A stretch of 61,582 nt of DNA, filler included, from 5 parts of 5 records of this genome joined end to end with filler, not necessarily neighbours in it; one strand, 5' to 3'; shown: positions 1 to 10,364, counted from the whole stretch's first letter. Notes: generated by a model not told the origin, from the letters alone. Program-made: numbers and translations.

Positions 1-1
1 C

Positions 2-64
2 GCGCGCGCCGCCGTCCGCATCATCGGCGATGCCTGGGCCGAGGTTGCCACCGCGAACGCCTGA
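2..64 (+). CDS. 3' end of an unidentified gene running in from the window edge
   Basis: Frame 2 reads ARAAVRIIGDAWAEVATANA* with GC-rich third positions and converges on the MFS stop codon. Confidence 0.4.
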   Translation, partial: ARAAVRIIGDAWAEVATANA

Positions 65-89
65 CCGCGGCTCCGTTTGCGGCCGTTTC

Positions 90-1406
90 CTAAGGTTGGT
101 GTGGGTTCGGGCTGTCGAACAGGGGACGGCAGTGGGTTTCGCGCACGAACAGCGAGGCGATCACTCCGGCGATGCCGATAGCAATCACCGCCATGAAGGC
201 GGTGCGGAAGGACGAGGCCGAATAGATGCGGGCGCCGTCGATCAGGGTGCCGTCCCAGGTCAGATCCAGGAACCAACCGAGCAGCGGCTGGAAGACGGCG
301 CTGGCGCTGATGTTCAGCAGATTGACGAAACCCATGGCGGTTGCCGCCACGGCGGCCCGGTTGTGTTCGCGCGCGAAGGCGAAATTGACGACGCTGGCGC
401 CCGATGCGATGCCGCCGAAAAACAGCAATCCTTGCAAGGCGAGATAAGGCAGGCCGGGAACATAGATGACGATCGCCAAAAGCGCCGTGGTGGCCATCGT
501 TCCGACGATGATCGGCGGCTTGCGACGGCGGATACGGTCCGAAGTCCAGCCGAAGGAGGCGCTGCCGACGCCGTGGCCGATAAGGAACAGCGATGTCGTG
601 CCGGCCGCCGCCGGACGGCTGAGGTCATAGGCTTCCATCAGGAAAGGCACGCCCCACAAGCCGGCGAAGGCGAGCAGCGGCACGGTCATCGACGCCAGGA
701 TCAAAGCGAATGACCAATTGTGACCGGTACCGAAAACCGAGCCGACACCGCCAAGAACGCCGGCCAGGGTGCTGGCCGGTTGTGCCGGCGCCGGCCGGTA
801 GGGCGACCGGTCGCGGGCGATGGTCCAGATCATCGCGGCGATACCGACCCCGAAAACGGCAGCTGCCACCATCATCGAACGCCAGCCGAAATGAGCGATG
901 GCGGCGCCCAGCGGCGCCTGGCCGACGACAGCGCCGAGGACGCCGATGGTGGCGGTCAGGCCGGTGATAAGGGCAAAGCGTTCCGGCGGAAACCAGATGG
1001 TTCCCAGCTTGAAGGTGCCGATCAGCGCGAAGCCGGCGCCGGCGCCGATGAACAGCCGGCCCAGATAGGCGATGCCGATGTCCGGCGCCAGACCGAACAT
1101 CAGGCTGCCGGCGGCACACAGAAGGGCGGCCAGGGTCATCACCCGGCGCGGGCCGAAACGGTCGACGGCGACGCCGACCGGCACCTGCAGCCCGGCATAG
1201 GCGTAGAAATAGAAGGCCGAAAGATTGCCGAGGACGGCGCCGGTGACGCCGAAATCGCGCATGATGTCCGACACCATGACGCTGGCCGTGACGCGATGGA
1301 AAAACCCGTATGAGAAAAAGAGCGCTCCGACCCCCCAGATTACCCAAGGCAATGCGGCAGGCGCTCGGTCCGAAACCGGTTCCGCCCGGTTTTCGTTGCT
1401 GTTCAT
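90..1406 (-). CDS. Major facilitator superfamily transporter
   Basis: About 12 hydrophobic segments; MFS motif A (GVAVDRFGPRR) and its second-half copy (GWTSDRIRRRK); ATG at 1406 (MNSNENRAE) preceded by AAGGA. Confidence 0.9.
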   Translation of the reverse strand: MNSNENRAEPVSDRAPAALPWVIWGVGALFFSYGFFHRVTASVMVSDIMRDFGVTGAVLGNLSAFYFYAYAGLQVPVGVAVDRFGPRRVMTLAALLCAAGSLMFGLAPDIGIAYLGRLFIGAGAGFALIGTFKLGTIWFPPERFALITGLTATIGVLGAVVGQAPLGAAIAHFGWRSMMVAAAVFGVGIAAMIWTIARDRSPYRPAPAQPASTLAGVLGGVGSVFGTGHNWSFALILASMTVPLLAFAGLWGVPFLMEAYDLSRPAAAGTTSLFLIGHGVGSASFGWTSDRIRRRKPPIIVGTMATTALLAIVIYVPGLPYLALQGLLFFGGIASGASVVNFAFAREHNRAAVAATAMGFVNLLNISASAVFQPLLGWFLDLTWDGTLIDGARIYSASSFRTAFMAVIAIGIAGVIASLFVRETHCRPLFDSPNPHQP

Positions 1407-1591
1407 GACGGGACGTCCTTTCGGCCGGACCTTATCAGGTCCGATTCCACCTGTCACAGGGTATTGGCCGAAAGCGGTTCGACCGGCAAGACCGGGGAAT
1501 TCGGCGGGATTGTTGTTGACATTGCCGGGCCGGCACAAGACAAGGAAACAGGCGGGATGCAGGGGGTATCCCGACATATCCGAAGGGCGGC

Positions 1592-2290
1592 ATGGCAGGG
1601 AAAACGACAGGCGCAAGCGGGGGCGGCCGGCCGAAGCAATCGCGAACCGAAGCCGTCTATCGCGAGATCAAGCGGCGAATCCTCGAAAACGAATATTCGC
1701 CCGGCCACAACGCGCTTGAGCTCGATCTCGCCAATGAATTCGGGGTCAGCCGTACGCCTCTTCGCGAAGCCCTGGTCCGGCTTGAAAACGAGGAACTGGT
1801 GGAAATCGTGCCGCGTCACGGCATGCGGGTTCTGCCGATGTCGGCCGACGACATGCTCGAAATCTTTCAGATCATAACCAGCCTCGAGACCCTGGCCGTC
1901 GGCATCATCGCCGAGCGCGACTTGCTGCCCGGCGATCTCAAACCCCTGGAATCGGCGACCGAGGACATGGTCAAGGCGCTGGAGGCCGATGATCTCGATG
2001 CCTGGGCCGAGGCCGATGACCGTTTCCACCAGACCATGCTGGCTTTGACCAACAACCGGCGCCTGGTCAGCGCCATCAACGGCTTTTGGGATCAGACCCA
2101 CAGGGCGCAGCGCCTGACCCTGCGTCTGCGTTCAAAGCCGACGCGTTCGACCGACAATCACCGGCGGCTGATCGATGCCCTGCGCAAGGGCGACGCCGAA
2201 CTGGCCCGCGACATCCACAACACCCAGCGCCGCAAAAGCCACGAAGAACTGATCGACATCATCGAACGGTACGCCATCCGGCATCTGTAG
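1592..2290 (+). CDS. GntR-family (FadR/FCD) transcriptional regulator
   Basis: wHTH LANEFGVSRTPLREALVRLE; FCD motifs DDRFH and DNHRRLIDAL. Confidence 0.92.
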   Translation: MAGKTTGASGGGRPKQSRTEAVYREIKRRILENEYSPGHNALELDLANEFGVSRTPLREALVRLENEELVEIVPRHGMRVLPMSADDMLEIFQIITSLETLAVGIIAERDLLPGDLKPLESATEDMVKALEADDLDAWAEADDRFHQTMLALTNNRRLVSAINGFWDQTHRAQRLTLRLRSKPTRSTDNHRRLIDALRKGDAELARDIHNTQRRKSHEELIDIIERYAIRHL

Positions 2291-2313
2291 CGCTTGCGGT
2301 CCGGGCGGGGCGG

Positions 2314-3840
2314 CTAGGCGTTTTTGATCCCTCGGTTTTTGAAATTGCCAATCGTCCGGTCGCGCCAGCGCCGCACGGCGGGGATGGTCTGCACCAGAAT
2401 CACCACGGTCACGGCGAAGAAGATGAAGGCGATCGGGCGATTGACCAGCGCCAGCGGATTGCCTTCGGCCAGGTCGAGGGCGCGGCGGAAGCTGTGGTCG
2501 GTCAACAGGCCGAGCACGAAACCGAGCACCAGCGGCGCCGGATGGTATCCGAACTTTTCGAGGAAATAGCCGACCATGCCGGCAATCGCCACGACATAGA
2601 TATGGAACATGTCGTTGGCCACCGTATAGGAACCGCAGACGCAGAGAATGGCGATCAGCGGCGCCAGGATCTTCGGCGGCACGCGCAGGATCATGCTCAT
2701 CGGTTTTGCCGACAGGATGCCGATGACCAGCAGCATGATCGACGCCCAGAACAGCCATGCTCCCATATCGAACAGGAATGTCGGGTAATCGACGCCAAGC
2801 ATCGGCCCGGGGCGGATATTGTGGATCTGCAGCGCCCCCATCAGCACCGCCGTCGGCGGGCTGCCGGGAACGCCCAAAACCAGCAGCACCAGGACGGCGC
2901 CGGCAATGGCGGCGTTGTTGGCAACTTCCGGCGCCATGACGCCGGCGATGGCGCCCTTGCCGAATTCTTCGGGATGTTTCGACGATTGCTTGGCCATGCC
3001 ATAGGCCGCCCAGGCAGCGATATTTTCGCCGACGCCGGGCAGGGCCCCGATACCGACACCGGTGATGGCCCATTTGACGATGCCAAGCACATTGTCCTTC
3101 AGCGCCTTGACGATGTTGATGGAGCTTTTGGTGCTGACATTGTGACTCTTGCGAGCCGAATCGTTGATCATGTGTACGATCTGCGGCACGGCAAACAGCC
3201 CGATCATCATCGGCACCCATGGCAGGCCCGTAATCAGGTCCATGTTGCCGTAGGTGAAGCGCTCATAGGCGAGCAGGTCCTCGAGCCCGATGAACGACAG
3301 CATCATGCCGATCATGCCGGCGATCCAACCTTTGATGGGCAGGTCCGGCGCCGCCAGGGTGCCGCATACGAAGATGCCGAAAATGCACAGCCAGAAATAT
3401 TCCGGCGAGGTGAACTGGAGGGCGAAACTGGAAAGGAACGGCGCGAACAGAATGAACATCGCCACACCGAGCATGGAGCCGACGAATGACGCCAATCGCG
3501 CCGCAATAATGGCGTCGATGGCCTTGCCCTGTTTGGCCAGTGCGTGGCCGTCAAGGCATGTCGCCGCGGCCGATCCGGTGCCGGGAATATTGACCAAAAT
3601 GGCAGACAGCGACCCGGCATAGATGGCGCCGACATAAAGGCCCATGATCATGATGATCGCCGTCGTCGGGCCGAACGGATAGGTAATGCCGATCAGCAAG
3701 GCGACACCGAGGGTCGCGTTGAGGCCGGGCAGGGTGCCGAAAACGATGCCCAAGCACATGCTTCCGGCCATCAAACCCAGATACCAGGGTGTCGCGTAGG
3801 TGACGATGGAATTCAGAAATTCGAAAATGTCGGCGATCAT
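2314..3840 (-). CDS. tctA: Tripartite tricarboxylate transporter permease TctA
   Basis: GTLPGL, ILVNIPGT..AAATCLDG, GVMAPEVANNA, LGVPGS, PGP and PAPLVLGFVLG motifs; 508 aa, hydrophobic. Confidence 0.93.
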   Translation of the reverse strand: MIADIFEFLNSIVTYATPWYLGLMAGSMCLGIVFGTLPGLNATLGVALLIGITYPFGPTTAIIMIMGLYVGAIYAGSLSAILVNIPGTGSAAATCLDGHALAKQGKAIDAIIAARLASFVGSMLGVAMFILFAPFLSSFALQFTSPEYFWLCIFGIFVCGTLAAPDLPIKGWIAGMIGMMLSFIGLEDLLAYERFTYGNMDLITGLPWVPMMIGLFAVPQIVHMINDSARKSHNVSTKSSINIVKALKDNVLGIVKWAITGVGIGALPGVGENIAAWAAYGMAKQSSKHPEEFGKGAIAGVMAPEVANNAAIAGAVLVLLVLGVPGSPPTAVLMGALQIHNIRPGPMLGVDYPTFLFDMGAWLFWASIMLLVIGILSAKPMSMILRVPPKILAPLIAILCVCGSYTVANDMFHIYVVAIAGMVGYFLEKFGYHPAPLVLGFVLGLLTDHSFRRALDLAEGNPLALVNRPIAFIFFAVTVVILVQTIPAVRRWRDRTIGNFKNRGIKNA

Positions 3841-3858
3841 TGTTTTACGTCCGGTCGC

Positions 3859-4410
3859 TCAATTGAAAATGCCCATGGGGAACTGCGTCGCCGCCAACTC
3901 CGAGAAGCTGAAAATGACCACCAGGGAATAGACGCAGACGATGACGAGCACCCAGATCGGTTTGGCCGCCTTGAAAACCAGCATCATCGAAACGCCGAAC
4001 AGAATCGTCGCGGCGATGAAAGGGATGCTGCCGATGAGAACGAAGACGTAGATCGCAAACATCGCCATGACGATCAGAGAGGTCCAATTCTCGAACTTGG
4101 AGGCGATGGGGGCCAGGGCGCTCGGCTTGAGGAACGACAGGTCGACGCCTGCGCGTAGGGCGTTCAACAAGACCGAGACCGAGCAAATGACGATCAGGGA
4201 TGAAATGATGATCGGCAACAAGCCCGGCGAGGTCGGAATGGTCGCTTCGCCCGATTGCACGGTGGCGTAGGACATCATGAAGGAATCGATTGCGAACCAA
4301 AGCCCACCGACGATCATGATGGGACTGATGATCAGGTCGCCGCGGCGGATTGTTTTCGTTTTTTCGTCCAGTTGCCGGGCGGCGGCTGCCGGATCGGTTT
4401 CGTTGCTCAT
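3859..4410 (-). CDS. tctB: Tripartite tricarboxylate transporter small subunit TctB
   Basis: 4-5 TM segments, PGLLP motif, located between tctC and tctA. Confidence 0.85.
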   Translation of the reverse strand: MSNETDPAAAARQLDEKTKTIRRGDLIISPIMIVGGLWFAIDSFMMSYATVQSGEATIPTSPGLLPIIISSLIVICSVSVLLNALRAGVDLSFLKPSALAPIASKFENWTSLIVMAMFAIYVFVLIGSIPFIAATILFGVSMMLVFKAAKPIWVLVIVCVYSLVVIFSFSELAATQFPMGIFN

Positions 4411-4427
4411 TTTATGCTCCGAGCCTT

Positions 4428-4465
4428 AAAAAAACGGGCCGTCCGGAGCAAGCCCCGGACGACCC
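4428..4465 (-). terminator. Stem-loop with U-tract after tctC (terminator or mRNA-stabilising hairpin)
   Basis: Minus strand GGGTCGTCCGGGGC-TT-GCTCCGGACGGCCC followed by GTTTTTTT. Confidence 0.6.
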
Positions 4466-4481
4466 TAAGGTATCGCGGCGT

Positions 4482-5492
4482 TTAAGGCCTAGAAATACCA
4501 AGTTTCTCGGGGTTGACCTTGGCCAGGCCGAGATCCTGCATGAACCAGCTGAATCGCTGTTCCATTCCGGTGACCATTTCGTCGGCCTTGGTGCCGTAAA
4601 CGCCATAGATCTTGGCGCCGCGGCCGTCGGTGAATTTCTTGAATTCGGCCGAGGCGACGACCTTGTCGAAGACCGGACGATAGGCGTCGAGTACGTTCTG
4701 CGGTACATCGCGCGGGAACAGATAAGCCAGGAACTGGCCCATCGGCAGGTGCTTGGCGACACCCGGGAACGACTCGGTGATGGCCGGGATTTTGTCGCCG
4801 TTGGCAAAGGTGTAGCCTTCGGTTTCGGTGATCACCAACGCACGCATCTTGCCGCTTTCGACATAGGCGGCGATTTCGCCCGTGGAAGCCGTCACCGCGT
4901 CCACTTCGCCGGTCAGCAACGAGGTCATGGCCGGTTTGGAGCCGTTGAAACCGACATGCTTGAACTTAGCGCCGGTTTCCAGTTCGGTCATCATCACCTT
5001 CAGATGCCACAGTTTGCCGATGCCCGAATTGGCGACCTTGACCTTCTCGGGATTGGCCTTGGCGTCCGCGACGAAGTCCTCAAACGTCTTGTACTTGCTG
5101 TCGCCCTTGACCGCGATGACGCCCGGCGAACCGCCGAAAATGTGGTAGTGCCAGTCCTTGGTCGTGGTGATTGAGCCATTAACGCCGTAGGTCATGGTCG
5201 TTTCCGACATGCCGAGGACCGTGCAGCCGTCGTGCTTGCCCTGCCAAACCGAATTGCCGGCTTTGGTGCCCTTGGCGCCGGGCATATTGGTGACCACGAT
5301 CTTTTTGCCCAATTCCTTTTCCGCCAAGGCGGCGAAGGCGCGAGCATAACTGTCGGTGCCGCCGCCGGCCGACGAGCCGACAACAACGCGCATGGTCTTG
5401 CATGGATATTCGGCGGCAGCCGTGTCGATGGCCAGCGAAAACGCCAACGACAGTGCGGCACCTCCCATCAGAATGGTTTTCATTACCTTCAT
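4482..5492 (-). CDS. tctC: Tripartite tricarboxylate transporter substrate-binding protein (Bug/TctC)
   Basis: Signal peptide; AGGGTD..AR, VVTNMPGAKG, HVGFNGS and LLTGEVD motifs; GGAGG RBS. Confidence 0.92.
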   Translation of the reverse strand: MKVMKTILMGGAALSLAFSLAIDTAAAEYPCKTMRVVVGSSAGGGTDSYARAFAALAEKELGKKIVVTNMPGAKGTKAGNSVWQGKHDGCTVLGMSETTMTYGVNGSITTTKDWHYHIFGGSPGVIAVKGDSKYKTFEDFVADAKANPEKVKVANSGIGKLWHLKVMMTELETGAKFKHVGFNGSKPAMTSLLTGEVDAVTASTGEIAAYVESGKMRALVITETEGYTFANGDKIPAITESFPGVAKHLPMGQFLAYLFPRDVPQNVLDAYRPVFDKVVASAEFKKFTDGRGAKIYGVYGTKADEMVTGMEQRFSWFMQDLGLAKVNPEKLGISRP

Positions 5493-5577
5493 TTGAATTA
5501 GCCTCCTTTGCCAAACAGACTGGGTTATCGATTAAAAAGCAATTTTTTCCGGCACCTGTCCGGGCCGGTTTTCGTTG

Positions 5578-6567
5578 TCACAGGGATCCGGGTTCAGCCG
5601 GCGCCAGGCGCGCGGCCAGCAATTCGTAGATCTCGGGGGTCGTCGCGTCGGCGGTGACGAGTTCCCGCAGCCGGGTTTCGCCGATGCGCTCGATCAGGGC
5701 GATCATCGCGTCGATCATGCGGAAATTGGCGGCGTAGAAGCTTTTGGCATCGCCGAACTTGGCCATGATGTCGGCTCCGATCCAGCCGCGATAGCCGACG
5801 CGATCCATGGTCAGCAGCAATTCGATCCAGTGCCAGAAATGAACGGCGCCGCTGAGCATGTCCCAATCGCCGCCGTCACCGGTGTTGTCGCTGGCATGGA
5901 TGTAGAAAAGACGGTCCTTGGCAGCGAGCAACGCGGCCGCCTCGGCCGGCGCTTCCAGGGCCGCGAAGCTGTGGCCGATGTCCAGATTGGCGCCGATATT
6001 CGGCAGATCCACCTCGGCGCAGACATGCAGCATCTTGCCGACATTGCTTAGAAGAATGTGGGCGTGCGGTTCGTGCGGCTGGTATTCCAGGGCCAGGCGC
6101 ACGTCGCTGCGATGCTTGCAGACCCGGCCGACCGTCTCGGTGAAGTACCCCCAGGCGTCGGTGAAATCCAACTCGAACGGATAGTCGTAGCCGTCGGCTA
6201 GCGGGCAGGTCGAAACCAGGTCGGTGCCGAATTCGGCGGCCAGGTCCATCCCGGCGGTCAGAAGCTCGACCGCCTTGTCGCGGGCCGCCGGCGATTGTGC
6301 CGACAGCGCGCCGTGGCGGAAATAATTGCTGTCCTTGATGTCGACATTGACCGCGGATAGGCGCAGGCCCGTGTTTGCCAGGGCTTGGCGGATCACTCCG
6401 CGGTCCTGGAAATCGAACGGGTACTTCAGTTCGATGCCGTCGATCCCGGGGGTGGCGGCGATCCGCGCGAAGCGTTCCTCGACCGTGGTCGCCGGCTGAT
6501 ATTGGGTGAAGCGGTCGCGCCTGAGCCCGTAGAAGGATGCGTTCGCGGTGTAGTCCCAGCGTTTCAT
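5578..6567 (-). CDS. Xylose-isomerase-like TIM-barrel sugar isomerase/epimerase
   Basis: Start MKRWDYTANASF at 6567 (the track's ORF is over-extended); LEYQPHEPH, NLDIGH and HASDN..DWD metal-binding motifs. Confidence 0.85.
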   Translation of the reverse strand: MKRWDYTANASFYGLRRDRFTQYQPATTVEERFARIAATPGIDGIELKYPFDFQDRGVIRQALANTGLRLSAVNVDIKDSNYFRHGALSAQSPAARDKAVELLTAGMDLAAEFGTDLVSTCPLADGYDYPFELDFTDAWGYFTETVGRVCKHRSDVRLALEYQPHEPHAHILLSNVGKMLHVCAEVDLPNIGANLDIGHSFAALEAPAEAAALLAAKDRLFYIHASDNTGDGGDWDMLSGAVHFWHWIELLLTMDRVGYRGWIGADIMAKFGDAKSFYAANFRMIDAMIALIERIGETRLRELVTADATTPEIYELLAARLAPAEPGSL

Positions 6568-6584
6568 GTTCGACAATCCGACGT

Positions 6585-7541
6585 CTAGAGGAGGGAGTAG
6601 AGGTAGCGCTGGGTTTTGAGCGGGTTGCGCTCTTTCAGCATTTCTTCCATCGCCGCGACGTCGATGCGATCGGTGATCGCTTCCATTTTGCGGGTCATGG
6701 CGAAGGCGGTGTTGAAGTTCTCGATCGGGTCGAGTTCCTTCGGGATGACGTCGAAGGAATACCAGTCGTCGTCGTAGCCGAGCTTCCGCAGGTAGTAGTA
6801 GAATTCGACATTGTCCCAAAGCCGCATCGATCCCGGCAGCATGTCCCAGTCGAATCGGCCGTCGTTGTCGTTGACCTGAACGTAGAACAGGCGGTTGGCG
6901 CGGGCCGCCAGGGCGGCCGACTGCGAGGGGCGTTCGCCGGCACACAGCGCGTGGCCGAAATCGAGCGTGATGCCCAGATTGTCGGCGTTGACCATCTGGC
7001 AGAAGGCGACCGTTTCCCCGGCCAGCCCGAACAGGCACCGTGTCCGCGGTTCGTTTTCCTTGTATTCGATGCAGATGCGGATGGTGGGGTTGTAGGCGCA
7101 GATTTCGGCAAAGCACTCGGCCGCGTAATCGAAGGCGCGGATGTATTCCAGTTCGAACAGATAGTCGCTGCCGTCGTTCAAAGGGCAGTTGGTGACGCGG
7201 TCGACGCCCAGTTCGGCGGCGAAATCCAACAGCCGCTTGAAGTCGTCGATGGCGTCGGCCCGCTCCGAAGGACTCTCGGACGACCAGGCGCCGCGCATCC
7301 ATTGACCGGGACGCCGCGAGCGGAAATTCAGGGCCGGCACGCCGAGCCGGTATTTGTCGAGAAGATCGCGCAGCAGATTGATGTCGTCGAAATCTTCCGG
7401 ATAGCACAGCTCGACACCGTCGCATCCGTCGACGCGCGAGGCCATTTCCAGCCGTGTCTCGATCGGCCGCTGGTCCTGGTAGTGCATGAAACGGTTTCGC
7501 TGCTGGCCGAGAAAGCCGGTGATGATGGCGTATTTGTTCAT
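6585..7541 (-). CDS. Xylose-isomerase-like TIM-barrel sugar isomerase/epimerase (paralog)
   Basis: Start MNKYAIITGFLG; IEYKENEPR, TLDFGH and VNDNDGRFDWD motifs. Confidence 0.87.
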   Translation of the reverse strand: MNKYAIITGFLGQQRNRFMHYQDQRPIETRLEMASRVDGCDGVELCYPEDFDDINLLRDLLDKYRLGVPALNFRSRRPGQWMRGAWSSESPSERADAIDDFKRLLDFAAELGVDRVTNCPLNDGSDYLFELEYIRAFDYAAECFAEICAYNPTIRICIEYKENEPRTRCLFGLAGETVAFCQMVNADNLGITLDFGHALCAGERPSQSAALAARANRLFYVQVNDNDGRFDWDMLPGSMRLWDNVEFYYYLRKLGYDDDWYSFDVIPKELDPIENFNTAFAMTRKMEAITDRIDVAAMEEMLKERNPLKTQRYLYSLL

Positions 7542-7840
7542 TGTTTCCCCACGCTCGAAGCTCGTTTGCGGTGCCGATGTCCGGTTCGGCCGGCTACCTT
7601 GTCCCATACCCTAAAGTATACATTAAAATAGAGTCAATAGATTTTTTAAAGTCGACGTTATAGAATTCGACAGGGCGCGGGACAGGAGTCCGGGAATCCG
7701 TGGATTCCGTGCATTGGAGAGGAAATACGGGATGGCCGACGGTCGTTTCGAAGGGCCGTTGGGCCGGTCGCCGACGGCGGCTTCGGGTTTCCGGAAGCGG
7801 CCGACTCGGTGCCGCGCCCGAATGTCGGCGCGGTGGCCGG

Positions 7841-8533
7841 CTAGAGGTCGTTCAGGTGGAACCGCCCAAGGACTTCGACGATGGCCTTGCTGGCGCGGAT
7901 GCGTTGGCGTTCGTGGACCTTGCGGGCGAGTTTGCCGTCCCCTTTTCGCAGGGCCTCGACCAACTCCCGGTGTTCTTCGTTGGATTTTTCCGGCGGCGGC
8001 AACAGGCGCAGGGTCAGGACCCGGGCTCGATGAACGATGTCCCAAACCCCGAATGCCATGGCGGCGATGCGTGTATTTCCGCATTGTTCCAGTAGATAGC
8101 GGTGAAACCGCTCGTCGGCTTCGGCCCAGGCATCGAGGTCGTGTTTCTTCAACGCCGCTTCCATGTCGTCGACGGCCGTTTCCATGGGACGCAGGGCTTT
8201 GTCGCTGGGGGCGCGTTCGGCAAACATTTCGGCCGCCGCGGTTTCCAGGCAGGTCAGCGCTTCGTAAATTTCGCGCATGTCTTCCGGTGACAGCGGCAGC
8301 ACGCGCATGCCGTGGCGCGGCGTCAGTTCGATCAGGCCGTCTTTTTCCAGCCGAATCAGGGCCTCGCGAACCGGGGTTCGGCTCATGCCCAGGTCCGCCG
8401 CCAGTTCGTTTTCCAGGAATCGCCGATTCGGCGGATAGGCATTGTCCATGATGCGCCGTTTCAGTTCCGCATACGCGGTATCGACCCGCGATGTGCGGGG
8501 CCGTTCGTTTTTCGGTTTCGGTGCGGCAATCAT
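7841..8533 (-). CDS. GntR-family (FadR/FCD) transcriptional regulator, paralog of 1592-2290
   Basis: LAADLGMSRTPVREALIRLE, PRHGMRVLP, DLDAWAEADERFH. Confidence 0.92.
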   Translation of the reverse strand: MIAAPKPKNERPRTSRVDTAYAELKRRIMDNAYPPNRRFLENELAADLGMSRTPVREALIRLEKDGLIELTPRHGMRVLPLSPEDMREIYEALTCLETAAAEMFAERAPSDKALRPMETAVDDMEAALKKHDLDAWAEADERFHRYLLEQCGNTRIAAMAFGVWDIVHRARVLTLRLLPPPEKSNEEHRELVEALRKGDGKLARKVHERQRIRASKAIVEVLGRFHLNDL

Positions 8534-8573
8534 GGAATGGGTCTACCTCGCATTGTTTTTGAATGCCGATAAC

Positions 8574-8625
8574 GTATACCTTAAAGAAGTCATTGTGTAT
8601 ACCGTAAGATACGAATTTGTATAAC
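8574..8625. promoter_or_regulatory. Putative GntR/FadR operator cluster (repeated GTATAC)
   Basis: GTATAC at 8574 and 8597 and GTATAAC at 8619 in an AT-rich divergent intergenic region; a related TATAC-TTAAA motif at about 7606-7627. Confidence 0.4.
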
Positions 8626-8776
8626 TTCGCCCATTGTCCGGACCCGTTACGCCAAGTCGCGAAAAGGCGCAATCGGACGGCCGGATGACGAATTCGCCGC
8701 CGCCCCTGCTTTTTGACTACCCACCCGTTCGTCTAAGCGGGTATCAAGGAAAAAAACGGATGGAGAGGAAAATTCC

Positions 8777-10321
8777 GTGGATTGCGCCGAAAGCCTTTTT
8801 CGCACCGCCCTTAACTGCGGTATCGACGTTTGTTTCGCCAATGCCGGCACCTCCGAGATGCCGATGGTTTCGGCGCTGGATGGCGTACCCGATATGCGCG
8901 GCATCCTGTGCCTGTTCGAAGGCGGATGCACCGGTGCCGCCGACGGCTATGCCCGGATGGCTCGTAAACCGGCCCTGACCCTGTTGCACGCCGGCGCCGG
9001 TGTGGCGAATGCCAGCGCCAACCTGCACAATGCGCGGCGCGCCGCATCGCCGATGGTCAACCTGGTCGGCGACCAGCCGGTTTGGCATACGCCGTTCGAT
9101 CCGCTGCTGAATTCGGACCTGGAAAAAATCGCCGAATGGTCGTCGGCCTGGGTCCATCGCGCCAGACCGCCGGACCGCGTTTGCGCCGACATGGCGGCGG
9201 CGGCGGCCGCCGCCAACGAAGCGCCGGGAAAGATCGCAACCCTGATTCTGCCGTTGGATTCCCTGTGGCCGGAGGTCGACGGCCCAGCCAACGCCCTGGC
9301 CGCACCGAAGGCGGCGATGGTGCCCAACGAGACGATCGAGGCGCTGGCCGCGACGTTGCGTTCTGCCCGTACACCGGCCCTGCTGATTCGTGGGGCCGCC
9401 CTGTTGGCCGACGGCCTCAAGCAGGCCGCCCGCATCCAGGCGGTGACCGGATGCCGGCTTTATTGCGATACATTCGTGCCGCGTGTCGACCGCGGGCCCG
9501 GCCTGCCGATGGTGCAACGGGTGCCCTATTTCCCGGAAGACGGCGCCGCCGCATTGGCCGACGTTACCGATCTTGTCTTGGTCGGCGGCAAGGAACCGGT
9601 CGCCTTTTTCGGCTATCCCGGACAGCCCAGCCAATTTGCGCCCGATGCCTGCAACCGTCATGTCCTGGCCGAGCCGCACGAGGACGGCGTTGCGGCGCTT
9701 GCCGCCCTGGCCGATGTCCTGGATGCGCCGCAAAGCGCGCCGGCTCCCCAATACCCGGTCCTGCCGGACCTGCCGACGGGACCGTTGGACCCGGAAAAAA
9801 TCGCTGCCGCCGCCGCCAACGTCCTGCCCGAAGGCGCCATCGTCGCCGACGAGGCGATCACCTGCAGCACGCCGCTGTATGCGGCATGCGCCGGCGCGCC
9901 CGAACATTCTTATCTGATCGTTTCCGGCGGCGCCATCGGCTGGGGTTTCCCCGGCGCCACCGGTGCCGCGGTCGCCTGCCCCGACCGTCCGGTCATCGCC
10001 ATGCAGGCCGACGGCAGCGGCATGTACACCCTGCAATCCCTTTGGACCCAGGCCCGCGAAAACCTGAACGTTACAACCGTTGTTTACGCCAATAATACGT
10101 ACGAGATCATCATCGCCGAACTGGCCCGCGCCGGCATCGAATCGCCGGGGCCGAACGCCGCCAGGCTGGCCGATTTCAAGGACATGCCGCTGAACTGGGT
10201 GGCCCTGGCCGAAGGCCACGGCGTTCCTGGCGTTCGGGCCGAGACCGGCGAGGACCTGGTGCGCGAAATGCGCGCCGCCATTGCCGAGCCGGGCCCGCAC
10301 CTGATCGAGGCGGTGTTTTAG
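8777..10321 (+). CDS. ThDP-dependent enzyme, acetolactate synthase large subunit-like
   Basis: FANAGTSE, LFEGGCTGAADGYAR and the ThDP motif ADGSGMYT...N; GTG start with GAGG RBS. Confidence 0.9.
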   Translation: MDCAESLFRTALNCGIDVCFANAGTSEMPMVSALDGVPDMRGILCLFEGGCTGAADGYARMARKPALTLLHAGAGVANASANLHNARRAASPMVNLVGDQPVWHTPFDPLLNSDLEKIAEWSSAWVHRARPPDRVCADMAAAAAAANEAPGKIATLILPLDSLWPEVDGPANALAAPKAAMVPNETIEALAATLRSARTPALLIRGAALLADGLKQAARIQAVTGCRLYCDTFVPRVDRGPGLPMVQRVPYFPEDGAAALADVTDLVLVGGKEPVAFFGYPGQPSQFAPDACNRHVLAEPHEDGVAALAALADVLDAPQSAPAPQYPVLPDLPTGPLDPEKIAAAAANVLPEGAIVADEAITCSTPLYAACAGAPEHSYLIVSGGAIGWGFPGATGAAVACPDRPVIAMQADGSGMYTLQSLWTQARENLNVTTVVYANNTYEIIIAELARAGIESPGPNAARLADFKDMPLNWVALAEGHGVPGVRAETGEDLVREMRAAIAEPGPHLIEAVF

Positions 10322-10364
10322 GAAAACGTAAGGCGAGGCCCCATGCCGGCGGCCTTCAAGACGT

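Noticed and set aside
2086-3489. Long + strand ORF (467 aa) and similar long ORFs at 8744-10300, 10524-11831, 12269-13705 and 33890-35050
   Set aside because: Antisense shadows of motif-supported genes in GC-rich DNA; no recognisable motifs
6568-7425. N-terminal extension making the 5578-7425 ORF look like a 615-aa fusion
   Set aside because: Arg-rich out-of-frame overlap with the upstream isomerase gene; the real start is at 6567
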